A DNA stretch of 63,993 nucleotides, the filler included, from Octopus bimaculoides (lineage: Eukaryota): the NCBI RefSeq assembly GCF_001194135.2. It is 8 parts of 5 records of this genome, joined end to end, with 100 filler letters (N's around TTAATTAATTAA, not from the genome) between each part and the next. Parts side by side here need not be neighbours in the genome. Positions count along the whole stretch, not along the records: positions 3,597 to 15,423 come from NC_068982.1; positions 15,524 to 31,878 come from NC_068999.1; 6 more parts are not named here. One strand, 5' to 3'. This document shows positions 12,857 through 26,345 of the stretch, piece after piece. Position 1 is the first letter of the stretch. Each line of letters starts with the position of its first letter. Under the pieces are notes generated by a model that saw nothing but the letters and a program-made list of their open reading frames with translations, ran no database searches and was not told the DNA's origin. The position numbers were made by a program, and so were the translations under genes.

Positions 12857-13814
12857 NNNNNNNNNNNNNNNNNNNNNNNNNNNNNNNNNNNNNNNNNNNN
12901 NNNNNNNNNNNNNNNNNNNNNNNNNNNNNNNNNNNNNNNNNNNNNNNNNNNNNNNNNNNNNNNNNNNNNNNNNNNNNNNNNNNNNNNNNNNNNNNNNNNN
13001 NNNNNNNNNNNNNNNNNNNNNNNNNNNNNNNNNNNNNNNNNNNNNNNNNNNNNNNNNNNNNNNNNNNNNNNNNNNNNNNNNNNNNNNNNNNNNNNNNNNN
13101 NNNNNNNNNNNNNNNNNNNNNNNNNNNNNNNNNNNNNNNNNNNNNNNNNNNNNNNNNNNNNNNNNNNNNNNNNNNNNNNNNNNNNNNNNNNNNNNNNNNN
13201 NNNNNNNNNNNNNNNNNNNNNNNNNNNNNNNNNNNNNNNNNNNNNNNNNNNNNNNNNNNNNNNNNNNNNNNNNNNNNNNNNNNNNNNNNNNNNNNNNNNN
13301 NNNNNNNNNNNNNNNNNNNNNNNNNNNNNNNNNNNNNNNNNNNNNNNNNNNNNNNNNNNNNNNNNNNNNNNNNNNNNNNNNNNNNNNNNNNNNNNNNNNN
13401 NNNNNNNNNNNNNNNNNNNNNNNNNNNNNNNNNNNNNNNNNNNNNNNNNNNNNNNNNNNNNNNNNNNNNNNNNNNNNNNNNNNNNNNNNNNNNNNNNNNN
13501 NNNNNNNNNNNNNNNNNNNNNNNNNNNNNNNNNNNNNNNNNNNNNNNNNNNNNNNNNNNNNNNNNNNNNNNNNNNNNNNNNNNNNNNNNNNNNNNNNNNN
13601 NNNNNNNNNNNNNNNNNNNNNNNNNNNNNNNNNNNNNNNNNNNNNNNNNNNNNNNNNNNNNNNNNNNNNNNNNNNNNNNNNNNNNNNNNNNNNNNNNGGA
13701 GTTGTCTTTTTTTAGTTCCCAAAATTCGTTAAGGATCATATTACATAATTAGGGTTCGCATTAATTTTATCATAAGGGGCCACAATTCTATCTTTGTAAT
13801 CTTTGCTCACGAGT

Positions 13815-14045
13815 TATTTCTTTACTACCCACAAGGGGCTACACAGAGGGGACAAACAAGGACAGACAAACGGATTAAGTCGATTATATCGACCCCAGTG
13901 CGTAACTGGTAATTAATTCATCGACCCCGAAAGGATGAAAGGCAAAGTCGACCTCGGCGGAATTTGAACTCAGAACGTAACGGCAGACGAAATACCGCTA
14001 AGCATTTCGCCCGGCGTGCTAACGTTTCTGCCAGCTCGCCGCCTC
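13815..14045 (-). mobile_element. SINE family A with TSD
   Basis: Full head, core and tail; TSD ctttgctcac(g/a)agt at 13801-13814 and 14046-14059. Confidence 0.9.
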
Positions 14046-14094
14046 CTTTGCTCACAAGTACGAAGTTTTCTAATCTGTGCAAACGCTTCACTGT

Positions 14095-15045
14095 GTCACG
14101 AACTTATACAGTTCAGTTACAAGATTATACAGGATATTATACAGGTAAGTCATAAAATTATGCAGGCGAGTTATGAAGATATAGAGATGTGTCAGGAAAT
14201 TATACAGGTGTGCAGGCGTACAGATGTGCTGGCGTGCAGGTGAGCAGACGTGGCTGTGTGGTAAGATGTGGTGCTTCTTAACCACATGGTTCCAAGTTCA
14301 GTCCGACATCGTGGCACCTTGGACAAGTGTCTTCTGCTACAGCATCGGACCGAGTAGAAACTTGTGAGTGGATTTGGTAGACGGAAACTGAGAGAAGCTC
14401 GTCGTATACATACATAGATATATGTGTGTATTTCTGTCTGTATTTGTCCTCCACCTCCGCTTGACAACCGGTGTCGGTGTGTTTACGTCCCCGTAACTTA
14501 ACTTTTCGGTAAAAGTCACCGATAGAATAAATACCAAGCTTTACAAAAAAGTAAGTACTGGCGGTGCTCCAGCATGGCCACAGTCTAATGAGTGAAACAA
14601 GTAAAAAATAAAAGGTGTGCCACTAGATTATACAGGTGCGTCACGGAATTATGCAGGTGAGTATTGAAATCATACAGGTGAGCAACAAAATGATACGGAT
14701 CAAACACAAAATTATACAGACGAGTCACAAATTATACAGGTGAGCCATGAAATTAAACAAGAGTATCACTAATTTATACAGGTATGCTCCAACACTATAT
14801 AGGTGTGTGACCAAATTATACAGGTGTGTAACGAAATTACAGAGGTGTGTGACGAAATTACACAGGTGTGAGGTGAGTCATTAATTTATGCAGGTGTGTA
14901 TAAGTCATGAACTTATACAGGTGAGTCACAGGTGTGCTGTAAATGATGCATATGTATTCCGAAATTTTACAGGTGTTGTACTAAATTATACAGATGTGTC
15001 TCAAAATTATACAGATGAGTCAGGAAATTATACAGGAGAGTCTCA
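14095..15045 (+). repeat. Degenerate ~21-bp minisatellite (consensus about aaattatacaggtgagtcacg) split by a family B SINE (~14240-14612)
   Basis: Roughly two dozen ttatacagg(t)g-like units at ~20-21 bp spacing on both sides of the SINE. Confidence 0.8.
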
Positions 15046-15720
15046 TATGACCCCACTATGCTCCATGCGATTCTTAGCAGTTGTAGTCTATTCTTAGCTA
15101 CAATAGTGGCAACATGGAATTCCTTCCATCTTCTTACTCCGTTAGAATACTTTAGAAAAATTAAATTAATGTGTCCTACTTGTTAAAATTCCATTTATTT
15201 ATTTGTGCAGCTGAAGATAGCATTGCGTTTAAATTGATGTAATGATTGCATTGTTCGATTAAACGGAGTCGCTTGAAACGGTCGTACTACATTACTATTA
15301 CTACTTGATATCCTGTTGCTTATTTTGATTTCATTCACCTTACTTCAATCTGTGCAAAGGATACCGGACTGATTTGGTGCTTCAACTTAAGTACTTAATT
15401 CAACTAAATCTTAATTATATATANNNNNNNNNNNNNNNNNNNNNNNNNNNNNNNNNNNNNNNNNNNNTTAATTAATTAANNNNNNNNNNNNNNNNNNNNN
15501 NNNNNNNNNNNNNNNNNNNNNNNTATATATATATATATATATATATTATCTTGGTTGAAAAACTTCGATAATGCAAATATGTTAATAGTTACCAGGGTAT
15601 CAAAAATCACACAAAAACTGGGATATTATACCCGGTTGATGGGTAGAAATTCCATGTTAAAATGATGTATTTTGAGTTGATATAAAGAATAATAATAAAT
15701 GGAGCAAACCGTTCCTTTAA

Positions 15721-15796
15721 TTCCTACATATGTTTCAAAAACTCCAAAGAAATAAGAGATGCTGTTATATATACACATAATTTCATCATCAGGGAA
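15721..15796 (-). ncRNA. Type I hammerhead-like motif with long helix II insert
   Basis: ttcc-CTGATGA-[49 nt]-GAAA-CATATG-TA^-ggaa; stem I ttcc/ggaa; palindromic stem III ACATATGT. Confidence 0.5.
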
Positions 15797-16760
15797 CCAT
15801 ATTACAAATGCAATACTTGCGCTGAATGCTAAGGTTACGTACGAGTAATAACACTATATAGCTAAGTCAAAAGACCGTTAGAAACAAGAACGCTAGTTTA
15901 CAGGGAGCTGCTTAGGGAGAGAAGCTATGAATGCTATACTAAGAGTTTAAATTAAAGGAATACATAATGAACCGCAGAAAAATCTTAAAGTTAATAATAA
16001 TGGTAATAAAAATTTATTGTAATTGGAAGGAGAAAGGGAGAGAATCCAAGGAATTCTTTATATTCGATTAATTATGTAAATAAACGTTTATAAGGAAGGA
16101 AAATTAAAGATGGATTGTAAATATAATTAACCGTTAATGTTGTATCGTATTAAGTTACGGTAATTAACCTAAATAAATGGCAATACAAGGTACAAAACTA
16201 TAAGGTGATGAAATAATAAGAATAAACATGCTTAGATTAACAAAATCGATAGTATATATGTAAATATATATAAGTATACTTAAAATTCTACGAATATAAC
16301 TTTTCGGGGGTTAAACTTGCTGTACAAATTAGAGAAAGAGAGAGAGTGTGAATAACTGGCGTTGAAGTAAGATATAATTGTTATTTTAGATAATATTATA
16401 ATGTAATTATTCTCATTGTTGTTATTATTATTATTATAAATGTAAAAATAAATTTATTATTATTACTATTATTGTTATTGTCTAAAGTTAAATAAAAAAT
16501 AAATACAAAGTGGGGTGGTAGTTCATACCACATGTAAAGTGGCTGTCAACTAGTGAGTATGTTGGTAGATGAAAAAAATACTAATAATAACTAAAATTTG
16601 TAAAAAGGATGAAATTAATGAAACGAGCTGAAGGTGTGTTTCCTCCAATGCTGGCATCTGTATGCTCTCTGTGTTATCTGGTTCACTAAATTATTCTTGG
16701 AGAACAGAATGTGGAATAGCTCCAAGTTACAGAGAGGACAAAAATCTTTACCCTTGTCGT

Positions 16761-16811
<51 letters not shown>

Positions 16812-18479
16812 GTGTATGTGTGTGTGTAGGCACCTCTCTTGGCCCTGTCTGAGATTTGAAACCAAATCCACCCGCTTGTTGCTTGTCAAAACAAGGGGGA
16901 AATCCTTTGTTTGCAGCCTCACACCAGATGATTGATGAGGAAACACTTGATCCCCAAGGCCTGTGCTGGTCAAGGAAAGGTCAGTCCTTTGTTTAGGGTT
17001 TGACCTATATTACTGACCATAGTCTATATAACAAAGAGCATTTCCTATCTCTTCTTGTTTTGTGTCAGCCAGACAAAGGAGCAGCACCCTGTTTTGCGTC
17101 AGCCATGACCAAGAGAGGCACTTCCCTTCGCCCTTCGCTTCACATACGAAGAAAAGCTTTCGGCCACAAGAAAGTCGAAGCCACATTTATCCTTTCTTCC
17201 ATTCCAGTTTGTATCGTACATTCCTTCCCTCTCTATTGGCAGACAGCAACTTTTACACTATCAACTACTAACCAGCGAGCCAACCTTTTTGTCACTATTA
17301 CTACAATTACTACTGTCTCTCTAACTACCTGTTGGGCAAACGAATAAATGTAAATAATATTTCTTCCTTCTTGGTGTTGATTCTTCGATGTTCACTGGTT
17401 ACTCCGACGCGAGAACCTTCAAGCGTTACCTCTACACGCTACATTTGGTAGTGAGCTACATCGTACCGACGTGATTATATATGTTCTATATCCGTTAAAT
17501 CGCACATCATTTCGCTGCATCGCGCAACCTTGTGAAAACAATTACGGCCTTCACCAAATGCCCACTACAATTGGTGACCCCGAGCTAAAAGATCTACAGC
17601 CTTCGCTCCAACAGCCTTTACCTCGTTTGATTCCCGACGTTCTAATACACGATTGCCTCTACTTCACCAACTTCATTGCATTTGGAAAATTAGACAAATT
17701 TTGTTCCGCGGTTAAATTTTCCATTTCGTCGCTACATTCTGGTGACCCGAGCTCAAGAATTACAGCGTTTACATCATGCTCATCATATGGAAGACAAGAA
17801 TAACAACTTTCACTACACAGTTTTCGTTTCGACTGTCACAACACGAAGGAAAAATCTCACCGACACAATGGAAACCCACCATGCACTTTCGACCTGCCAC
17901 AGAATGCACTCCACTACGTTGCACAGAGTCACGTAAGAAACATCTACAATAAAAAAAAATGTAACATTTCGACAGCCATCCGACCAAAAACTATCTGGAT
18001 GAAAATATGGAAGCCCGCACATGCAACGTTCTCCACAGCCACAGATTTTTCGAACACAATCCTGCATTTTAATCTACATGTCACATGAACACTTGTACAT
18101 AGACTTAAACTTTCTTTGCATGCACATATTTTTGCATTTCAAATGCTTACTTATTTCGTTCTTTTTTGTAGCACTACACACTTTCGTTTGTTCTTGAATG
18201 TTCTATATTTGTATAATATATTTTTTCTCGTTGGCCACCGGAATTGCACATTTTTGCACACATGTTTTATAATTCTTTCAACTACACTGTTTTTTCCTCT
18301 CTACATATTTTCTTTTTGAATGTCTGCAACTTCTTTCTTACTTCGCACGCTGACCCATTTATGCAATGTTCCGTATTTTGTTGGTTAAACAAAATTTTTA
18401 AAAAATTTCCCTCAACGTTCATACACAAACCTGCAAGCCACTTACACTCACGTACCAAAAGATAGTGCCCTTAGAGTCG

Positions 18480-20900
18480 TTTTCTCATGTTTGTACCCTC
18501 TCAGCTCTTTTCCCTGACTCTGCGTACGTTGGATGTCAGCTCATGCTCTCTGCGCCCTTGTCAGACACAACTTGCCTCTATTCATCTCTATGTTGGTCAC
18601 GAAGTTAATGAAGAAAGTTGTCTGTCCTACTCGACGAAGTTCCACAAGTCAGCAATGAGCGACACTACTGCTTGTAGAACAGTTCCCTCGCTCCGCATGC
18701 ATCTCGGAGAAGACCTTCTGACTGCACATCCGTGCTTGTAGAGCTTATTACGAACCGGCAGTGCCCCCTGGTAGCATTGCCAAGCCAGAGATTTCTGAAA
18801 ATTATCCATAGGCCCCGGCCCGAAAGTCCTCCGAAAGGGACTAGCCAGTTTATCCCTCTCAACGCCCGGTCTCTCCGAGATCGTTGTCTCCCTAGCCCTC
18901 CACTAATACCCTATAGGACTCCAGGGTAGAACTTCCACCGACCACATTGCCCCACTGGCCGAGGGCTGTGAGCGCTTGGAGACACTCTAGATGCCAAGCG
19001 CCCTGTCTCAGTCTATGCCTGATCCAGGACTTTAGCTCTGTCAAGCTGCAGAAAAGCGTGACTAACAAACGGCGACCACACCTGCTCACCGCTAAGGTAT
19101 CGCTGGAGATGTAGCAGCCCAGTCCTCCACGCAACGGGTGCTGACAGAAAAGGGATTGTCTGACAAGTGGTACCCTTCCCTTCCACAAGAAGCAGAAGAG
19201 CAAGCGTACCAGCCTGTTCAGCCACAAAGTGGGGCAAGGGACGATGGTCAGGTGGTAGTATATGACGGATGAGATGTACGCATTCGCCACCTCCACCCGA
19301 CCTTTCAAGAAAAGCTTGCTCTCGGCCCATTTCTGGGTGAGACTGGCCACCTTGTCTGTCACCTCTCCCCAGTTTTTATCCACTTGGAGGTCCGGACCAA
19401 ACCAGACCCCACCCCCGATCAACTTAACCAGTCCTTCCGTCCAGCGCACCACAACCCTCTCTATGATGTATCGCGTGAGGTCGAGGTTATCGGGGATAGA
19501 TCTGTTGGGGATAGCGCAAGTCTGTGCATCACTCACTAGTCAGGCCACGACAAGCGCCAACCTCTTTGCTAACACCATAGCCAAACTTTTGTAATCTGCA
19601 AGCCTGTAATTATCAACAATGTCCACCTTGTTCGGATTATTTCTCAGTAACGTCAACACACCTCAGCTCACAAATCTGGGAATTCTCCCGTTCTGCTGCC
19701 ATTTGCGGTAGACATCTACCAAAATCTCACCAAACAAGTCTGGCATATGAATATAAAGTTCGAAGGGCAGACCATCCGATCCCGGAGACTTCTCCCTCGT
19801 GCAACTATCCAATGCGTCATGTATATATTCTGCTTTTATCGGCATTTCGCAGAACTCCACATCTCTAGCCAAAAGCCCGTCCCAACCCATCAAAGACCGA
19901 ATTGTGGTTTTATTGCCGCGTTGCGCCTCGGCCACCCGGGTCCATAGAACGGCTTTCATTCCCTCGTGTCTTAGAGCATGAGCCCTCGCTCTGACAATGC
20001 AACCTTCATGCTTGGTGTTGAAGAATTGGTTCAGAACCAATCTCACAGCACGTCGGTCGCTATGCCACTACTGAATGCCTCTTCTAATTTTCTAACAAGT
20101 TCTCCCTCTACTCTAGTATTCTCTATCGCTAATTCCCTGCTAAATCCTACCACCTGAATTCTAACCGCTTATTTTAGGGCTGTCCACCATCGGTTGTTGA
20201 TGTCTGCACCCGTCATTTTCAATGGACTAACTTACTAATCCGGTCTCTGAAATCTCTGAAAACGCGCCGGGAAAGACGCGTTTAATTTTCAGTATCAGGG
20301 TCCCTGCTTATGGAGCCTGCCTAGGTCGACCATACAGACCACAAATTCGTGGTCTGTATAACTGACAACTTCAAATTGTGGACAACCTATGCTATCCTTA
20401 TCTGCTGGCCTACAAAATACCCTATCTAAATAAGGTCTGGATGACCCAACGCTATCTGCCCACGTCCACATTTGAGCATTCAGGAAATCCAGTCTGAACC
20501 TGTCAGCCAATTGGAAACGACCGAGCAGGTTTGCGATGCTTGCGCACCTTCTTTCCCTCTCGGCTTTCCAAATCTACACGTACATCCAAGAAGGTGTTCT
20601 AGTCATCCACTAACACTAAGGAGCGAGATATCCCAAGAAAGACCTCCAAACGTCTAAAAACATCCGGCTGTCCCACTCCGGTCGGTGAGTACACAGCGAC
20701 CAGTCCAAAGGCGCTGCGTTCGTTATCATTCACGTCCATGACCACCATCCTACCTTCCGGGACCGTATCTCGAGATCTAAGCCTTTTCTGAACAACACCT
20801 CCACCCCACCCCCCATTCCCGGTCGACTAAGAGATGCAAAGATCCTGGTCTCTCTGGCAGCTATTACGTCTAATTTTCGTCACCTGGGGTCAGTGAGCAA
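18480..20900 (-). mobile_element. Tx1/L1-clade non-LTR retrotransposon ORF2, disrupted with internal deletions
   Basis: APE-like WTW..YLDRVF..YTDH (20295-20510); KSPGSDGLPFELY (19663-20046); RSIPDNL and KGRVEVANAYISSVIYY (18892-19536); C-terminal WQCYQGALPVRNKL..PRC. Frameshifts and stops throughout. Confidence 0.9.
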
Positions 20901-20984
20901 ACTATCTTGCTTCCTTGACGACCCCAGACCGCATACATTTATACTGCTCACTCTAAGTAATACCGTATTGGACGATCGGAATGT

Positions 20985-21560
20985 GTGAAAGTAGGAGAAA
21001 GCTACTTACCAATGCTTTGTAGAGAGTATTAGAATCTGATAGAGTACTAACTATAGAAATAAAAAGGAAAATTAAGGAGTACACCAAAAGGGTGAGGAAG
21101 CTAATGAAGTCAAAACTAAATGGCCCGAATCTAGTGAAGGCTGTAAATACTTGGGTGGTATCATTACTTAGCTACCCAGTAGCTTTTGTAGATTAGACAA
21201 AAACTGAATTAGCAAATCTAGATAGAAGAACTAGGAAGGAATTCAATATGAATGGAGGACTCCACCCAAGAGCAGAAATAACAAGATTATACTTACCTGG
21301 AAAAGAAGATGGAAGAGGGTTAATATCAGTAGAAGACTGCGTGGAGTTAGCTAGAGTAGATATAGCCTCCTATGTAGGTAATAATGAAAACCATTTATTA
21401 AGAATTGCTAGAGTCACTGTAGGACATAGTGAAACCATAAAGCCAAATGAAGTTAAAAACCAAAGAAAGAAGAAAGATTAACTGACTGGCAAGAGAAGGT
21501 TTTACATGATAGAGTCCCAAAGATATTGCAGCAAATAGTAGTAATGTGAAACATGGTTAT
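20985..21560 (+). mobile_element. R4/Dong-type LINE fragment
   Basis: KSKLNGPNLVKAVNTW..LDRRTRK..GGLHPRAEITRLYLPGKEDGRGLISVEDC. Confidence 0.85.
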
Positions 21561-21769
21561 GGTTGCAGAAAGGGATGCTTTGACAATTACTTTATTTTAT
21601 CGTCTCCAAAATGTTGAAAAAGAAAGGTGGCTGCGCTGGGAATTAAATGCAGAATGTAAAGAGCCGGAAGAAATACCGCAAGGTATTTTCCAACTCACTG
21701 AGTGGAAACATCTTCTTAATTCTCACGATCAAAGAAACAACAATCTACAGGTATATTGCTTGCAAAACT

Positions 21770-22960
21770 GAATTTTATAAAACCTTAACTGCTAAAATAT
21801 CGCAAAGAATAAATATACAGCAATAGTAAGCAATGTCATGAGTAAGTGGCCAACAATTTTGCTGATTGAGACAAGAGTAAAAAATCTTAAAAATTGTGAA
21901 CAGTAATATCATACTAGCTCAAGAAACAGAGACAAGAATAACAGACACATTCGATAAATACTTAAGGCACAGCTAAATGTGAAATATAAGGTAACACACA
22001 TCAATTGCTTGGCTTCCTTCCTAGTAAGTTTTATTTATAGTATTCGCAAGTTGACACTAAATGAACTGGCAAGAATACATAACGAACGCATAAATAACGA
22101 GCAAATTACAAAAGACGATACTAAAGTCACTGAAAACGCTAATTGCGATGATAGATCTCATATGTGGAAAACAAATATCAAAACCTGAAATCAAACCGTG
22201 CAACACCTACTGAATATTGACAAACAAAACGAAATACATTTAAGTAACATGCTTAAGCAGACTGAACTTGATACAAATACAATGAATAGATAATTTTTTG
22301 CATGTGCATGACCTCAAGTCTAGAAACACTGTTACACGCAATATTTGCTAGAGGAAAATACATGAGATTCTTGTTAGAAATATAAGCTAAGGCAATCACA
22401 AAGAAAAAGAAATAAGCGGTAATGTTATATTAGACAAAGAAACAGGGAAAAGGAAACTGCGTCGAAAATTGATATGCAAAACTTTTAATGAACTAGAAAT
22501 AGTACAGCCAACAAAACTGAAAGAAAAACTTAGGAGGGAATATCACAAATGCATTGGATTAGCATTTTAAAACAGAGTTAAATACGATAAGACAATAGAT
22601 TTTAGTATCGAAGCAGCTGTCAGTAATAATTTTTAGTTCTCAATTTGTCGTTAAATGAATTAATTAGTGGATAGAAAAGCAAGATAGATAATGACTGTAC
22701 TTACACCAACCAATGTAGAATATTATTTACCACGAATTCAAGAAATTGGAAGCCTTATGCAACCAGATGGCTAATATAACATACCCACTTCTGAACTACA
22801 ACATAAACAAAACAAAAAACAGTTTTCTGCCTTAAAATGCCGACAAATACAAAATATATGCTGCCATGACACTCTTTTGCAAGTGAAACAAGAGACATTA
22901 GGAAAAGGCTAAAAAGTTAAACAAGTGCAACACGAAGTTCTACTAAAATGATGGCAGGAA
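21770..22960 (+). mobile_element. Highly degenerate R4/Dong-type LINE fragment
   Basis: LKEKLRREYHKCI resembles MKEKIRKEYYRRV; A-rich coding-like strand with many stops. Confidence 0.45.
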
Positions 22961-23418
22961 CAGATTTTGCTTGGCCAATATCCGGCAAAAAATGAACGGG
23001 CTGGAAAAGAGAAAGAAAACTTTTTAGGAGTGTTTAACCCTACCAAAAGTTTCATTCCCTATTCGCATTCGTGAACATTTTCACCCAATTTTCCTTTCAT
23101 CTACAATAACAAACTTTGTCTAACAACCACTATGCAGCAGGAGTTGTAGTGTCTGCGATAATAGAAACATTTACCAGATGCACCTCCTGTAGTACACAAA
23201 AGAGTTAAAAGAAAATAAACTAGAATCTTCGAGTTTAATTATATGCAAGTGCCAGTTGCCATCAGTTATAAGCTATTTCCATTCCAGTAGTATTGTAAAT
23301 TCCAGAATTCTTACTGCGACTTTGTATGTATGTATGTATGTATGTATGTATGTATGTATGTATGTATGTATGCATGTATGTATGTAGGAAAGTATGTTAG
23401 AATGTAACTATCTGCCTG

Positions 23419-23463
<45 letters not shown>

Positions 23464-24967
23464 ATATCTATCTATCAGTCTATCTACACAAATGCATGAG
23501 GTGATTTTCGTATGCATTTGTATGTATTCATTTGCATATGTGCGTCTGTGCGTGTGTGTGAGTGCGTGTATGTGTGTGTGAGTGTGTGCAAAATTATGTG
23601 CTTTGAAATAAACATATCATAGACTAACACAGCACCATCGTTGTAATAATAAAACAATCTAAATGAAGAGATGAACGACAGATTTACAATTCCCTAGACT
23701 AAGCTGTGATTCTTGAGCAAATTGCATGGTTCTTATCCTGCTGAAAATTGGTAATAAAAATCTCAAGAAAGAAGATATTGTTAAATAAAGAGGACTTTTC
23801 TGTCTCTATGTAACTTTTTTATGCTTTGGTGATATAACTCTCAGTTGAAGATGAACTCAGAATATGAAAGTTTTTCGACGTCATTTATTTCTTTACTACG
23901 TTCCTTTAAATCTATAAACCATGCATCGTAGTAGTTTAATTTGGCTCTCAGAAGCTATAATTAATCGTTTGAAAATGCATCGCAATAAAACTGTTATCTA
24001 TTGTATCTATCTACCTTTTCATCCATATATTCACATACACGCACAGTCAGACACACACACTTGCATACACACCATGCACACTCATATAGTTTGGTACTAA
24101 GTATCTAAAAGCACGCTGTGTGACGATTTAAATTCAACTCCATATAAAGAATTAAATTCCAAAATATGCACCTAGGATGGGAGTGTGTAAGCAGCTTTAT
24201 ATAAGTAGCCCCACAACTTAGGTTCATTGGCAGCAATATTCATTGAATACAAATACAGATTATGTAGCAGAAGAAAAATATATATTTATAATAAAAATAC
24301 ATGCCTTCATAATTCATTCGGTAACGACAATAATAGCTATTTATGAGACGACTAAAACTTCGAGCTGTCATAAGACTACAGCACAAAAGAATATTTATGC
24401 AATAAAAATATATGCATATGTATACATACATACATACATACATACATACATAACACACCACACACACATACATATGTGTGTATGTCTCTCTCTCTCTATA
24501 TATATATCCCTTTCCTTCTCTGTCCTCTGTATCGCTCTCTGACCTCCTCTACTTTTCCCTCTCCTACTAGTGAAACGTGAATCGTGGCGCAACCGTCATC
24601 TTTTATTTTCTTTTTCACTTCGATCGCCGAAGGGACTGGTCGTATTTTCTCTCGTCTCCCACTTTCAATACGTTTCGCTGTTTCTAATCTGTTGTCGTGT
24701 TTCTAATCCTTTGGGATATTCCTCCAGATGTGGACAACATTTTCGTCTCGTATCTGGCCCTAAGGCCCTATTCTGTTTATTTATTTCAGGTTGTTCGTAT
24801 GTTCACATTTGGTCGTGTTTGTTTTCGTCTTTGACCCCCGTCCATTCACTAATGGTCTCATCTTGAATCACATTTATTTCATGTTTGTATGTTCACTTCC
24901 GAGGTAAGTGATGTTATCGTTTGAAGACGCGAAATTGCGTTAATCCTTTGGCGGATAACTGATGAGA

Positions 24968-25419
24968 CGAGGGGATACCCAAAAGAAACCGGAATTTTGC
25001 AATATATTTTATTCAATTAGTTTTATATGTTTCCACTTTTATTACCATTTGAAGGAAGGCGCGTTTTCCACTGTTCAAAGCAGTGCAGGATTTCTTGCGA
25101 AGTGATACCTTTTAACGCCTCCGTTGTTTTTTTCTTCACCTCTCCCACATCTGCAAATTCCATAGCACCAGCTTTCGTCACCAGTGATGACCTTCAAAAA
25201 AAAGTCCGGATCAACTTCCAACTGTTCTTTCAGTTCACAACACGCATTCAGGCGTGGCTGCTTTTGACCTTCCGTGAGCAATCGAGGCACAAATTTTACT
25301 GCAACGCTCTTCATTCGCAGTTCCTCGCTCAAAATTCATTGGCAGGAGCTCCAGGATAGAACAATCATACCAACAAGTTCGTCAATTGTTTCGTGACGGT
25401 CCTCCAAAATCAGTTCATG
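24968..25419 (-). mobile_element. Mariner transposase fragment with one terminal inverted repeat; runs into a gap
   Basis: VAVKFVPRLLTEGQKQPRLNACCELK..DPDFFLKVITGDESWCYG (the WVPRxL and GDExW motifs); TIR-like cgaggggatacccaaaagaaaccgg at about 24968. Confidence 0.85.
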
Positions 25420-26187
25420 NNNNNNNNNNNNNNNNNNNNNNNNNNNNNNNNNNNNNNNNNNNNNNNNNNNNNNNNNNNNNNNNNNNNNNNNNNNNNNNNN
25501 NNNNNNNNNNNNNNNNNNNNNNNNNNNNNNNNNNNNNNNNNNNNNNNNNNNNNNNNNNNNNNNNNNNNNNNNNNNNNNNNNNNNNNNNNNNNNNNNNNNN
25601 NNNNNNNNNNNNNNNNNNNNNNNNNNNNNNNNNNNNNNNNNNNNNNNNNNNNNNNNNNNNNNNNNNNNNNNNNNNNNNNNNNNNNNNNNNNNNNNNNNNN
25701 NNNNNNNNNNNNNNNNNNNNNNNNNNNNNNNNNNNNNNNNNNNNNNNNNNNNNNNNNNNNNNNNNNNNNNNNNNNNNNNNNNNNNNNNNNNNNNNNNNNN
25801 NNNNNNNNNNNNNNNNNNNNNNNNNNNNNNNNNNNNNNNNNNNNNNNNNNNNNNNNNNNNNNNNNNNNNNNNNNNNNNNNNNNNNNNNNNNNNNNNNNNN
25901 NNNNNNNNNNNNNNNNNNNNNNNNNNNNNNNNNNNNNNNNNNNNNNNNNNNNNNNNNNNNNNNNNNNNNNNNNNNNNNNNNNNNNNNNNNNNNNNNNNNN
26001 NNNNNNNNNNNNNNNNNNNNNNNNNNNNNNNNNNNNNNNNNNNNNNNNNNNNNNNNNNNNNNNNNNNNNNNNNNNNNNNNNNNNNNNNNNNNNNNNNNNN
26101 NNNNNNNNNNNNNNNNNNNNNNNNNNNNNNNNNNNNNNNNNNNNNNNNNNNNNNNNNNNNNNNNNNNNNNNNNNNNNNNNNNNNNNN

Positions 26188-26345
26188 GGCGTATGCATAT
26201 GTATTTATGCGCAGATTTGTATGTTCGCTTTATGGATGCGTTTTTATGTATATATTTTCATGTCTAGGCGTATGCATATGTATTTATGCGCAGATTTGTA
26301 TGTTCGCTTTATGGATGCGTTTTTATGTATATATTTTCATGTCTA
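26188..26345 (+). repeat. 79-bp tandem duplication next to a gap
   Basis: Two identical units starting ggcgtatgcatatg. Confidence 0.85.

Noticed and set aside
14613-15045. CRISPR-like regularly spaced repeat
   Set aside because: The units are contiguous and degenerate with no unique spacers, in a eukaryotic context with no cas genes.
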